Translations under genes and position numbers: made by a program
Part shown: piece by piece, positions 29,360 through 39,352 of the stretch
Layout: every line of letters starts with the position of its first letter
Position numbering within the stretch: the stretch's first letter is position 1
Assembly: GCA_965208325.1 (NCBI GenBank)
Contig: OZ242326.1
Span: 4,064,001 to 4,128,000, forward strand
Origin: Candidatus Poribacteria bacterium
GTDB lineage: Bacteria; Poribacteria; WGA-4E; PCPOR2b
DNA length: 64,000 nucleotides
Direction of reading: 5' to 3'
The notes under the pieces: model-generated
Told to the model about the DNA's origin: nothing
The model's database searches: none
What the model saw: the letters and a program-made list of their open reading frames with translations, nothing else

Positions 29360-30358
29360 ATGTTAATACGGATAACACCTATGTTTTCCCTTTCGGTTGT
29401 CGGTTTAGTCTTAATTAGCGTCATGTTTGTGGTGGACATTGAAGCACAAGCGCCGGCCGATCCGACAATCGCGATTACGACGAACGGAGCGGATTCCAAC
29501 ATCTGGCTAATGGACGCCGATGGCGTGAATGAGCGAGGTCTTCTACATGTTGGCGGACAACAACCCGTTGGTTTGGTATGGTCTCCGGACGGCACGAAGT
29601 TAGCGTTCCATAACAAAATTGGAGACAACGTCGATATTTACGTGGTGGGTTCGGATGGGAAGAATTTGAAACGGCTCACCGATCATGAGGCGGAAGATAG
29701 CAATCCGGATTGGCATCCAAGTGGTCAAAAACTAGCGTTCCAATCCATGCGAGACGGGAATTTTGAAATCTATACAATGACAACGGCGGGACAAGTCATT
29801 GAGAATCTTACGAACGATCCCGGTAACGACATTACGCCTGCATGGTCATTAGATGCGCGAAAGATAGCCTTTTCCGGCAAGCGGGGCAAAACCTTGGGAG
29901 ATGTCTTTGTGATGGATTCAGATGGCGCCAACCCTCAAAATATTACAAATACGCGCTCCAAGGATTTCGATCCCCGGTGGGCTCCAGATGGAAAACAATT
30001 CGTCTTTACGACGGAAAGGAATGGAGCTGGTGATATCTTCCTTATGGATATCAACGGGGAAAATCAGAGACAGATTAATTTTGAGCCTAATCCCGGGTTT
30101 GTTGGTATCGACGGGGCTCCCGTGTGGTCTCCGGACGGCGGGGAGGTCGCTTACGAAGTCTGTGGAGCCGGGGTCTGCAAGATTATTGTGATTGATCCTG
30201 ATAAGCCCAAAAATCAGCTTATCCTACCGCAACCGGGTGGATTCAATCGTTCTCCCGCTTGGTTTGATCCGGAATTTGTGGTGGAATTCTCTGTCTCTCC
30301 TGCTGGTAAACGCCCGATGACGTGGGGTTGGCTGAAGCAAGTGAGACATACGCAGTAA
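29360..30358 (+). CDS. Secreted TolB-like PD40 beta-propeller with conserved C-terminal tail
   Basis: Signal-peptide-like N-terminus; WSPDGTKLAF, WHPSGQKLAF, WAPDGKQFVF repeats; tail VSPAGKRPMTWGWLK. Confidence 0.85.
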   Translation: MLIRITPMFSLSVVGLVLISVMFVVDIEAQAPADPTIAITTNGADSNIWLMDADGVNERGLLHVGGQQPVGLVWSPDGTKLAFHNKIGDNVDIYVVGSDGKNLKRLTDHEAEDSNPDWHPSGQKLAFQSMRDGNFEIYTMTTAGQVIENLTNDPGNDITPAWSLDARKIAFSGKRGKTLGDVFVMDSDGANPQNITNTRSKDFDPRWAPDGKQFVFTTERNGAGDIFLMDINGENQRQINFEPNPGFVGIDGAPVWSPDGGEVAYEVCGAGVCKIIVIDPDKPKNQLILPQPGGFNRSPAWFDPEFVVEFSVSPAGKRPMTWGWLKQVRHTQ

Positions 30359-30662
30359 ACTGGAATTATAAGATTCTGCAAGGAGGGTATCTGGTTAATC
30401 GGTCAGAATTCAGATGTGGATGCTCGGCTTGAGTCGAAATATAGCTGCACTGAATATAAGTTGAGCATCCAATTTCAAGTGATTGAATCAACTCTTACCT
30501 ACTTACTTCCTTTAGTGCGACGCTGTGTTGACGGGAGTTGCAGGGCGTTTCAGCCATGGCTGAAATGACTGGATTTTCAAGAACACAGCGGACGCTATCA
30601 GCCAGCACGTTTCAGGTTCTTTCCTTCCATTGCAGCGGGCGCGAACAACAGAAATCATACGA

Positions 30663-31538
30663 CTACGTACCTTGGTAGGTATATTTGTCGTGCGCAATCC
30701 GCAAATCGAAGTCGTCCTGCTCCTCCCACACCGGCATGCCTGGCGGCACCTGATACTTGAATTGTTCCTCATCGGAACTGTAAGGTGCTTTGGCGCGTTC
30801 AACGAAGGCGCGTTGCAGTAGCTTGCATCGTTGTGCGATGAATCCGCGGCGCCACCAGCGGTATTTTTCGTTCCAAGCGATTGTGCGCTGATCGAAGTAA
30901 ATTACACGGCGAAGTTGTCCGCTAGAATTGATCTGGCTGCCGTGAAGCACTTTCGTATGGTGGAGAAGAACATCGCCGGGTTCCATTTCTGCAGGCACTG
31001 CATTAGGGAGATTGAAATTTTTTTGCCCTCTTTCAATCATCGCCGCGGCTTCTTCAACACTCCACATATGGCTGCCCGGTACTACCCAGACACACCCGTT
31101 GTCGACGGTTGATGCGTCAGGGTAGATGTCTACGTTAAATATTCGCAGCGTTTTTGCAAAGTGCTGATCGTCGCGATGCCACGGCACCGAAGAGCCGTTT
31201 TCCGGTAGCTTGAACACCAGTGACTCGAAGCACGGAATAAAATCAAACCCAACCATTCGATACAGCAGATCGGCAATGAAAGGGTGGGCAAGCAACCGAA
31301 GCGAAAAGGAGTTGGGATGGGAATGAAGATACCGAAGGTAATACGGAACACCTTCTGGTCCGCGAGAACACCAAGAGCCCGCCGGTCCCCCCGCTAGGAC
31401 CTCATCAATTAAACGTAAACTTTCCTTTTTGATTTCCGCAAGTTCGTCCGCCTGGATAATTGCGCGTAATATGACGAAACCGTTCTCATCAAAGTATTGT
31501 ATATCTTCGTCTGTTATCTTTTTCATTTGAGGTGCCAC
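30663..31538 (-). CDS. Phytanoyl-CoA dioxygenase (PhyH) family protein
   Basis: FDENGF, VPWHRD, NGCVWVVPGSH, PGDVLLH..VLHGS. Confidence 0.9.
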   Translation of the reverse strand: MAPQMKKITDEDIQYFDENGFVILRAIIQADELAEIKKESLRLIDEVLAGGPAGSWCSRGPEGVPYYLRYLHSHPNSFSLRLLAHPFIADLLYRMVGFDFIPCFESLVFKLPENGSSVPWHRDDQHFAKTLRIFNVDIYPDASTVDNGCVWVVPGSHMWSVEEAAAMIERGQKNFNLPNAVPAEMEPGDVLLHHTKVLHGSQINSSGQLRRVIYFDQRTIAWNEKYRWWRRGFIAQRCKLLQRAFVERAKAPYSSDEEQFKYQVPPGMPVWEEQDDFDLRIAHDKYTYQGT

Positions 31539-31785
31539 TGTACACGTTTTTCGTCATTTAACTTACTATTGCGTGAAATCATGATTAGTGATATGATAAA
31601 ATCGCTTGAGGACGGACAGAATTTAGACGTTAAAATCCACGCAGAACTGCAATAAGCAGGATACATTATACTATTAGCACTTCAGAATTACAATTACAAC
31701 GCGTGTTTTAACGCAGTTCGCATGCGCGGCACGAATTTCAAGTGCCGTAAGGTGTCCGGAATCAGTTTCAAACGGTGTATAACCA

Positions 31786-32559
31786 ATGCTCGACAAGAAT
31801 ATGGTTGCAAATCTTCCATCGCTTCCAGGGGTATATTTTTTCCTTTGTAAATCGGGGAATATCCTCTACATCGGCAAAGCGAAATCGTTGCGCAAACGAG
31901 TTGGATCCTACCTGCATAACCGGCGGCATCACGCTAAAGTTAAACGGTTGGTGCGGCGCGCTGCGCAAATTGATTATGCGGTATGTGAATCGGAAATGGA
32001 AGCCCTATTGCTAGAATCGCACCTAATAAAAGAACATCAACCGCCATACAATACTACCCTAAAATTCAACCGTCCGTCTTGGTTTATTCGAATCAATCCC
32101 AACGATTGTTTCCCCAAAGTAGACCTTGTATTAAAAATTGCTTCTGACGGCGCGAGGTATTGGGGGCCATTTTCTAGCCGCCGCTGGACGGAGGAAGCCA
32201 TCCGAGTGTTGCACAAGATTTTCCCAATTCGGTCGTGCGAGGATGAAATTACGCCCCAACCTGCTTTTCGCCCTTGCTTTAGTTACCATGTAGGGCGTTG
32301 CGGCGCCCCCTGCGCTGCGCGAGTCAGCCAGAATGCGTACCACGCGATGATTGAAAATGTTAGTCGTTTACTGGATGGAGAACACCAGGAGGTCGTCAAA
32401 GAACTGACCAATCAACGCAATCGAGCTGTTGACGAATTGCGATTTGAACGGGCGAGTGCCATCCAGAATCGAATCGAACGCGTCCAAAAAGTTTTCGTAT
32501 ACCTGAACGTACATCGAAATTATGCTAACACGAAAATAAAGGAGTTTCCTGGCAAATAG
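31786..32559 (+). CDS. Short UvrC homolog (GIY-YIG + Cys cluster + UVR; Cho-like architecture)
   Basis: LPSLPGVY, YIGKAKSLRKRVGSY, EALLLESHLIK..PPYN, C..C..RCGAPC, LRFERA; no RNase H or HhH C-terminal half. Confidence 0.85.
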   Translation: MLDKNMVANLPSLPGVYFFLCKSGNILYIGKAKSLRKRVGSYLHNRRHHAKVKRLVRRAAQIDYAVCESEMEALLLESHLIKEHQPPYNTTLKFNRPSWFIRINPNDCFPKVDLVLKIASDGARYWGPFSSRRWTEEAIRVLHKIFPIRSCEDEITPQPAFRPCFSYHVGRCGAPCAARVSQNAYHAMIENVSRLLDGEHQEVVKELTNQRNRAVDELRFERASAIQNRIERVQKVFVYLNVHRNYANTKIKEFPGK

Positions 32560-32581
32560 CAATGAGATTCCGATTTAGTGG

Positions 32582-32813
32582 CTAGGGCGTGTTGGCATTT
32601 CATCACAACTGAACAATCATGGGGGCAGTGCGCAGCCCCAAGACGATTCGTAGGGGTTGGGTTACCCAACCCTCTATTCCCAAACATATCTGTATGGTTG
32701 GCAGTCTCCTGCCAGCGGTTGATCTGTGGGCGAGGTGACCTGATCCCTCGCTATTCACTCGGTTGAGCCCCTACTGTTACGGAAGGATTCACACAAATGT
32801 CAACACGCCCTAG
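32582..32813. mobile_element. Putative MITE with 19-bp terminal inverted repeats and internal REP-like hairpins
   Basis: ctagggcgtgttggcattt ... aaatgtcaacacgccctag (18/19 match), CTAG at both ends. Confidence 0.75.
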
Positions 32814-32900
32814 TATTGTATCAGTTCAATTCGCGGCAAGAGTGGGTCGGAATTATGGAGTACGAATGATGCGCCGCGCAAATTTTTTTAGGAGGAAATA

Positions 32901-33959
32901 ATGACGCCGCTCTATTCCATATCGGTATGTGGCGGACTTGAAAAGATTGCGCTTGAAGAGATTCAAGCCCGATTTCATCGCACAGGCGGTTTGAAGGTCG
33001 TTGGGCGAGGACCGAAACGCATACTCTTTCGCTACTCTGGTGATGCGGAGCAATTGTTATCGCTTCGTGCCGCCGAAAATGTCTTCCTAATTATTAGAGT
33101 ATTTAGGGATATGACGCGATCCCGCCGCTCCTTAACAACGCTGAAAAAATCGTTTAAAAGGTTTGATTTTCGTCCGTATCTTGAGATTTGCCGAAACGCC
33201 GGAGTTCGATTTCGAAATCGGATTTCTTTTCGCGTAACTAGCCGGATGTCTACTCGCCATAATTTTCGGCGAATTGATTTACAGCGAGCTGTTGAGGAGG
33301 CTCTTGTAAGTTGCGGATGGTATCTGACTAATGAGAATCCCGCACTCGATGTATGGGTGGAAATTCACGGGGACGAAGCGCACGTGGCTATAAGGATTTC
33401 GCCGTTGCGTATGGCGCAAAGAGATTATAAGCAGGCTCATATCCCTACCTCTTTAAAACCAACGGTCGCTTACAGCCTCGTCCGTCTCTCGAATCCACAG
33501 CGCGACGATGTGTTCTTGGACGCAATGTGCGGCGCCGGAACTATCTTAATTGAACGAGCCTATTCCGGCCGATACCGCTATCTACTTGGCGGCGATGTCT
33601 TGCCCGAAGCGATTCGCGCGGCGCAGCAAAACATCAGCAGGAAGCATCGCCCGCGTCAACTCTTCTTATGGGATTCCCGATCCCTTCCACTGGCACAGTG
33701 GAGCGTCGATAAAGTTGTATGTAACCTGCCTTTTGGCGAACAGCGTAACGATGCCGATATAAGTAATCTGTATCGGCTGTTCCTCAACGAATGCGGGCGT
33801 GTCTTGAAACCGACCGGGCGGATGGTGCTCCTCACTACCCGGCAGTCAACACTTGAGTATCTGTTGAAGCAACGCGAATCTGTGTTTAAAATTAGGCAGA
33901 AATTTCGGATTAACCTGCTCGGGTTAAAACCTTGGGTCAATCTATGTTTGCCGTATTAA
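32901..33959 (+). CDS. THUMP-domain RNA methyltransferase (Trm14/RlmL-like)
   Basis: GLEKIALEEI, SLKPTVA, LDAMCGAGTILIE, CNLPFG; AGGAGG RBS. Confidence 0.82.
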   Translation: MTPLYSISVCGGLEKIALEEIQARFHRTGGLKVVGRGPKRILFRYSGDAEQLLSLRAAENVFLIIRVFRDMTRSRRSLTTLKKSFKRFDFRPYLEICRNAGVRFRNRISFRVTSRMSTRHNFRRIDLQRAVEEALVSCGWYLTNENPALDVWVEIHGDEAHVAIRISPLRMAQRDYKQAHIPTSLKPTVAYSLVRLSNPQRDDVFLDAMCGAGTILIERAYSGRYRYLLGGDVLPEAIRAAQQNISRKHRPRQLFLWDSRSLPLAQWSVDKVVCNLPFGEQRNDADISNLYRLFLNECGRVLKPTGRMVLLTTRQSTLEYLLKQRESVFKIRQKFRINLLGLKPWVNLCLPY

Positions 33960-34039
33960 TGATTGTGGTTTTTAGAGAATTCACATCGGGACTGTACCTG
34001 TTGTTACGAACAAATTTAGCATAGTAGCCCTTGCATCAA

Positions 34040-34386
34040 ATGCCAGTTTGAATTATAGGTGGCAAAGCCATTCTTGGGCGTTTGAGTTGGTATAACCGGT
34101 GGAACTTTTATCGCGCGGGATTTACTATCGCCTTCGCTAATCGCTCACTTGATTCTACCAAATACCTTACTCCCGCATTGGGCGGGGCAAGATGCCCCGC
34201 CTACCGGGTGTGGTGGCGTACGCGGGGCAAGGAAAAACTCTGTCGCGCGGGATTTACTATCGCCTTCGCTATTCGCTCAGTTGATTCTATTCAGTCGGTT
34301 GTTCCCCGCCTACGGAGGGTAGTGGGATACCTTACACCTCCCGCCCCTTTGGGGCTGTATAAAATGAATTTTCAAACAGGTTCTAA
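34040..34386. mobile_element. Dispersed MITE/REP composite element (family also at 48702, 44867, 61495)
   Basis: Shares ttgagttg-tataac-gg-tggaactt, gggatttactatcgcctt (twice), the REP hairpin and the end aattttcaaacaggttct with 48702-48939. Confidence 0.7.
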
Positions 34387-34477
34387 AGCAGCGTGCAATC
34401 GGATAAGGCATTTGATTGACAATGGAAATTGGTGATTTTCCGTAACTAGCACTTGCGGTCAAGGTGAGAATCGCGCA

Positions 34478-36895
34478 ATGAAAGTCCAACGGGATCTTAC
34501 GACGGTTTTCTATATTTTTTCGTCCGGAATATATCTAATCATTGGGGCGCGGAGTTTTGCTAGAGCGCCTGATACGCTTGAGACCAGCTTCTTTTACCTG
34601 CTTGGATTAGTAACGTGGCTGCTTGCCACGCTTGTGTGGACGCAACAGACAGACAACCGTGCAGCGCGCATTTCCTATCTAATGAGTATCGGTTTCATGA
34701 GCATCTGCTCGATTGATGCTTCGTTCTCGATTGACGAAAGGACGTTGAGCAGCCGAGTATTACCGATTTTCCAGTTTTTGTCGGCAACCATCTTACCTTG
34801 CCTTTTTCTTCACTGCTTCCTAATCTTTCCCGTAGAGAAGAGAATTATTCAACGCCGCGAATGGTTGTTAAAGTTGTTATATGCTCCTGGAATCGTATTG
34901 TTTTCTACAATGTCGTTCCTTTACTTAACTGGATATGACTATTCTCGCGAGTTTTTCCTCGTACATTATTTACAATTTCCATTGCTGGAATTTGCCATTA
35001 GCGGGTTTCTCTGTACCTATTCAGTTATGGGACAATTGCTTCTATTACATTCAAGTTTCGCAGCCCATTCGTCCTCACAACGCCGTCAGGCACGATGGCT
35101 GCTGCTGGGGATAACTGCCGGAACACTGCCGCAGGCGGTTTTAACGACGATACCGAGGGTCTGGGATGTTTCTATACCGTATGTTCACCTTTCAGCATAC
35201 GCGCTATGTTTCATCCCTATTTGCTATGTTGTTGCCATTGTTCGTCATCGATTGATGAATATCGAGTTAATTATCAATCGCAGCGTGGTGTACGCCCTTG
35301 TTAGTGGATTTGCGTTGGGGATGTATTTGCTAAGCATTCACGGATTAGCGAGGTTTTTCCACACGGAAGAACGCTCGTGGGCGGTGACGGCTGTATCAAT
35401 ATTTATCGCCGCTGTGCTTTTTGCCCCTGCAAAGACACGGATACAAAATCTGATTGATCGGGCGTTTAATCGAGAAGCTTACAATTACCGTCAAACACTA
35501 TTGGCATTAAGCCAAACTCTTCACTCAATCCTCGACTTGGAAATCCTCGTTGATACCCTGCTTCGCCAAGTAACTGAATCGATGCATATCAGTCGAGGTG
35601 TCGTGATGTATCGCGTTTCGACAGCCGATCCAACGTTTGTTACAGAGGCAACCGTTGGCATGGATTCCATCCAAGATAGAATACAAGTTATGTTATCGCC
35701 ATCGTTAGTAGACCTTTTGAATGAAGCCGATAAGCCGCTAGATTTTTCCAATCAACCGCTGGCTCCGAATAGCATTAAATTACTAGAGGCTGAGGTACTT
35801 TCACAGGATGCGGAAGGTTTCAATAACTTTCTTCGATCGGCAATATGGATTCCCTTTGTGACGCGAACGAAAGAACAAGAAAACCTAGTCGGATTATTGG
35901 TGCTTGGACAGAAGTTGTCTGAGGAACCGTATACACAGACCGATCTTGCACTACTCGGAACGCTTGCACACCAAGGTGCTACGGCAATTGAAAATGCAAC
36001 GCTTTACGCGCAATTAAGTGCACGAACGAAGGCAATGGAAAATGCGCGGCAGCAGCTGATGGCGACTTATCTGGACACGTATGGCGGGACAATTCCGAAA
36101 CCTTCAAGCGAGGTGAAATTCCAGCCTAATGAGGGGGACGGCAGTTTGGTCTCAGAATTCGACAATATTGCCGCCGCACTCAAGGATAGCCATGATAAAC
36201 TAAAACAGTTAGACGGCCTTAAATCTCAGTTCTTGGATAACGTGTCACATGAGCTGCGAACACCGTTGACGCATATCAAAGGGTTCGTGGACAATTTGCT
36301 CGACGGCGTCGGGGGAGAACTTGCGGAGAGGCAGAGGAGATACTTGTTTCGCGTGAAGGACAATTGCGACCGGCTTATTCGATTAATCAACAATCTTCTA
36401 GATCTTTCACGAACAGAATCCGGCAAAATTTCATTACAGCTTCAACAGAGGTTGCTTTTCCCAATTCTCGAAGAAACAGTTGCTGGAATTCAGCCTCTAC
36501 TTGATAAAAAAGGAATTCACATTGAATTGAACTGTGAGAAAACCCTTACCGCATTGGTAGACGCAGACAAGATTAGGCAGATTATGACAGATTTATTGGA
36601 TAACGCCCACAAATATACTGAAAGGGGAGGGTATGTTAGAGTAGTGGTCACCGCTGTTTCGGATCGGGAGGTACAGATTTGCGTCGAGGACAGCGGTATA
36701 GGTATTGCCGAATCAGACCTCGATTTCATTTTTGACCGCTTCCACCGCGCGGCAGGACCGAAAAGTAACAACACCAGCGGAATCGGCTTAGGGTTACCTA
36801 TTGTAAAAAATCTCGTTGAGTTACACGGTGGGGATGTCAAGGTTGAAAGCGAATTGGGTAAGGGCAGCCGTTTTTATATTAAACTAAATCGCTAG
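34478..36895 (+). CDS. Membrane sensor histidine kinase (multi-TM + GAF + HisKA + HATPase)
   Basis: Many TM segments; GQKLSEEPYTQTDLALLGTLA; VSHELRTPL; VEDSGIGI; GIGLGL. Confidence 0.92.
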   Translation: MKVQRDLTTVFYIFSSGIYLIIGARSFARAPDTLETSFFYLLGLVTWLLATLVWTQQTDNRAARISYLMSIGFMSICSIDASFSIDERTLSSRVLPIFQFLSATILPCLFLHCFLIFPVEKRIIQRREWLLKLLYAPGIVLFSTMSFLYLTGYDYSREFFLVHYLQFPLLEFAISGFLCTYSVMGQLLLLHSSFAAHSSSQRRQARWLLLGITAGTLPQAVLTTIPRVWDVSIPYVHLSAYALCFIPICYVVAIVRHRLMNIELIINRSVVYALVSGFALGMYLLSIHGLARFFHTEERSWAVTAVSIFIAAVLFAPAKTRIQNLIDRAFNREAYNYRQTLLALSQTLHSILDLEILVDTLLRQVTESMHISRGVVMYRVSTADPTFVTEATVGMDSIQDRIQVMLSPSLVDLLNEADKPLDFSNQPLAPNSIKLLEAEVLSQDAEGFNNFLRSAIWIPFVTRTKEQENLVGLLVLGQKLSEEPYTQTDLALLGTLAHQGATAIENATLYAQLSARTKAMENARQQLMATYLDTYGGTIPKPSSEVKFQPNEGDGSLVSEFDNIAAALKDSHDKLKQLDGLKSQFLDNVSHELRTPLTHIKGFVDNLLDGVGGELAERQRRYLFRVKDNCDRLIRLINNLLDLSRTESGKISLQLQQRLLFPILEETVAGIQPLLDKKGIHIELNCEKTLTALVDADKIRQIMTDLLDNAHKYTERGGYVRVVVTAVSDREVQICVEDSGIGIAESDLDFIFDRFHRAAGPKSNNTSGIGLGLPIVKNLVELHGGDVKVESELGKGSRFYIKLNR

Positions 36896-36922
36896 ATTTT
36901 CGCTTAGAACGGTGGTAAAACC

Positions 36923-37264
36923 ATGAATCTGTTCGCCTACGGCACTTTAAAAGATCGCGAGTTTATCCAGACGCTTCTAAATCGTTTCCATCATGAGCCA
37001 TCAAAAGCCATTTTACCAGGGTTTACAACTGTTATTTCAAAGTCGGGATATCCTGTCATGGTAACGGCTGACGGATGTAGCGTTGACGGAATTGTCTGGC
37101 GTAATTTGACGGAAAAGGATTTTGAAATCATGGACAGGTATGAGGGGTGTAATACGCAAACACCAGTATATCAGCGTGAAAAGCGGAAGGCTGTCGTTGA
37201 GGGGCGGGAAGAGGAAATTTGGGCGTATTTCGCGACACCGGCGTTTTTAATTCAGACGCGTTAA
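36923..37264 (+). CDS. Gamma-glutamylcyclotransferase (AIG2-like) family protein
   Basis: LFAYGTL, GYP, MDRYEG motifs. Confidence 0.85.
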   Translation: MNLFAYGTLKDREFIQTLLNRFHHEPSKAILPGFTTVISKSGYPVMVTADGCSVDGIVWRNLTEKDFEIMDRYEGCNTQTPVYQREKRKAVVEGREEEIWAYFATPAFLIQTR

Positions 37265-37360
37265 GCGGACGATTAACGAAACTCTTGAACTTGGCCCGCA
37301 ATTGCGGTTGATGTGTACCATTTTACGGTTTCATGAAGTATTTGAAACACTATAACCAAT

Positions 37361-37394
37361 AAAAAAAGGCAGCTAGCATTAGCTGCCTTTTTTT
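37361..37394. terminator. Bidirectional intrinsic terminator
   Basis: A7-ggcagcta gcat tagctgcc-T7 between convergent genes. Confidence 0.9.
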
Positions 37395-37424
37395 GTTTTA
37401 GGGTTTGAAGAAAATTGTCCGATT

Positions 37425-38903
37425 CTACTCAACCATGCCAATCTTTGCGGCTTCTGGCGCCCGTGTCGGCAAATTCTGCTTAGCCAGCTGATCTTCCGGG
37501 ATATAGTTGGAGTAATCAGAAATTTTACCGTGGGTCAATGAGTAAACGACGACATTGGTCATAAACCGATATACGCCGGGAGAATAGTGCACTGACCGTG
37601 TCGGCAGGCTTACCGCCTCCATCGCGCACATGTAATCACGGCGAACCAGCAGCACCGAAAGTTTCTCGCCAACGGAGATTCCTTCAAGGAAATTACGTTT
37701 TGGTGCTTTGGTGCCGAACCAGAAGATATCGAACCCAACGGGCGGCCCGCCCATCTCGTAGAAGTTGTTATAAACTTCGTGATCGTTGGGAATCCGCTCT
37801 ATTTGATATTCTGGCATCACATAACGCATTTGCGCGAGGAATATGCGGACCATCGCCTGGCCAGCGGCGTTAACGCCGCAATCGTCAAAGACGAGGACTC
37901 CGCCCCTATCCACAAGGTACCTTCGCAACCCAGCCGCTTCCGGTTCAGTAAATCTGCTGTTCAACGTCGCGCCAAAACCGCCCTTCTGAGCGAGTCCGTG
38001 CGACCGAACCACCGCGGGGTCATGCCCAGTCATGAATGCCATTGGAGTCTTTTGCAGATTGGCGTCCGTTAATTTCAGCGCGCCGCCTTCAACATTCATG
38101 TCCGCCTTAATTTTCGTCCGCTCATTGAGCCATTTGGTCAGCGCATTCAGCGATGACGCATCTGCCCACCAATCAGAGAGGGTATGTCGGATCCGGGTAA
38201 AGCGGAAGACTCCCTGAATGTCGCGCCCTTTACCAATGACTCGACCGCCAGGCTCACCTCGCGGCAGGGGCGGAACATCTACATTGCCGAGCGTGATGCT
38301 TTCAACTACATCGCCTAGCGCATCACGCGCAGCACCAACCTGCTCCACCATTGTCAGACCCGGTGGACGTTCAAATGCAACCTTCACCTGCACAATCCCG
38401 CCGGCAATCCCGCGTCCAATATTCGACGGGCCGGCACTTGGTGCAGACGCAACAGGTCCTGAAAACGCCAATGCGCCCGGCGCATCTGATACCGGCAAAT
38501 CGGCATGCGTTGTTATTTGCGGAACCGGCGCATTCGGGTTAACGACTTTGGGAACGTTGGGATTGATGGGTTGGTCTAGTTTGACGACTTTATTCGAAAA
38601 TTCGAGCACGGTTTGGGGCTCGATAGTAGACGTACGAACGACCGCAGCGGTTGTGACTCTGGGTTGAACCTGAACCTGTTCAACGACAACGGTGTTATCC
38701 GTTGGAATAGTCGGTTTAATCTGTTTAATAACCGGCTTACGTACTTGGGGTTTTGGCGGCTCAGGCGGTTCAAGCACTTGTGCACCGACTAAGTCTTTGA
38801 ATTGCGGGGTTTGTGTGACGAGATAAACACCTAGAATCAGCACAGCGACGCCGTGAAGAATCAACGATGTCATCAAGGCACCTGATGTTTTCTTAGCACT
38901 CAT
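37425..38903 (-). CDS. Membrane-anchored protein with Pro-rich linker and C-terminal DUF4159-like domain
   Basis: TSLILHG anchor; FMTGH, EAAGLRRYLVDRGGVLVFDDC, IPNDHEVYNNFY, NVVVYSLTH; GGAGG RBS. Confidence 0.75.
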   Translation of the reverse strand: MSAKKTSGALMTSLILHGVAVLILGVYLVTQTPQFKDLVGAQVLEPPEPPKPQVRKPVIKQIKPTIPTDNTVVVEQVQVQPRVTTAAVVRTSTIEPQTVLEFSNKVVKLDQPINPNVPKVVNPNAPVPQITTHADLPVSDAPGALAFSGPVASAPSAGPSNIGRGIAGGIVQVKVAFERPPGLTMVEQVGAARDALGDVVESITLGNVDVPPLPRGEPGGRVIGKGRDIQGVFRFTRIRHTLSDWWADASSLNALTKWLNERTKIKADMNVEGGALKLTDANLQKTPMAFMTGHDPAVVRSHGLAQKGGFGATLNSRFTEPEAAGLRRYLVDRGGVLVFDDCGVNAAGQAMVRIFLAQMRYVMPEYQIERIPNDHEVYNNFYEMGGPPVGFDIFWFGTKAPKRNFLEGISVGEKLSVLLVRRDYMCAMEAVSLPTRSVHYSPGVYRFMTNVVVYSLTHGKISDYSNYIPEDQLAKQNLPTRAPEAAKIGMVE

Positions 38904-38984
38904 TTTTTCCTCCAAATTAAGTTTTTACTGAAACTGTGTTATCAGTTGGAATCGACTTAAACTTACTCGACGACAAAGTTATTG

Positions 38985-39209
38985 TCACTTGGGGTTGTTG
39001 GTTTGATCTGTTTGACCGGTGACGGGCTTACGTACTTGCGGCTCTGGCGGCTCCGGGGGTTCAAGTATTTGGGCACCGACTACATCATTGGAATTCGGGG
39101 TTTGTGTGACGCGATGAACACCTAGCATCAGTAGTTGGACAAGAATAAACGCTAGAATAAGCGCCGCGGTTATGCAAAGAATCAAAGACAAAGCACGTGA
39201 AAGTTTCAC
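38985..39209 (-). pseudogene. Degenerate copy of the 5' end of the DUF4159-like gene (or a short membrane peptide)
   Basis: VTQTPNSNDVVGAQILEPPEPPEPQVRKPV versus VTQTPQFKDLVGAQVLEPPEPPKPQVRKPV, then diverges and stops. Confidence 0.7.
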
Positions 39210-39337
39210 GACATTCGTAATTTTTTTAAAAATTCATAGCGCCGCAATGTTTAATACCCAAACCTATCGAAAAACTCCACGGCGCAATTCTACAATCATC
39301 TACCATGTTACACGGAGTAATTCAAGTTAAACAGAGA

Positions 39338-39352
39338 GCAATTTATATGCCA
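39338..39352 (-). promoter_or_regulatory. Sigma-54 promoter
   Basis: TGGCATATAAATTGC (GG-N10-GC), identical to 6581-6595. Confidence 0.7.

Noticed and set aside
30512..30802. 96-aa minus-strand ORF behind the PhyH gene
   Set aside because: Half overlaps PhyH in another frame and has no recognisable motif; a short peptide from 30658 cannot be supported.
34034..34046. TGGCATTTGATGC on the minus strand as a sigma-54 promoter
   Set aside because: Spacing is GG-N8-GC rather than N10, and it points antisense into the upstream gene.
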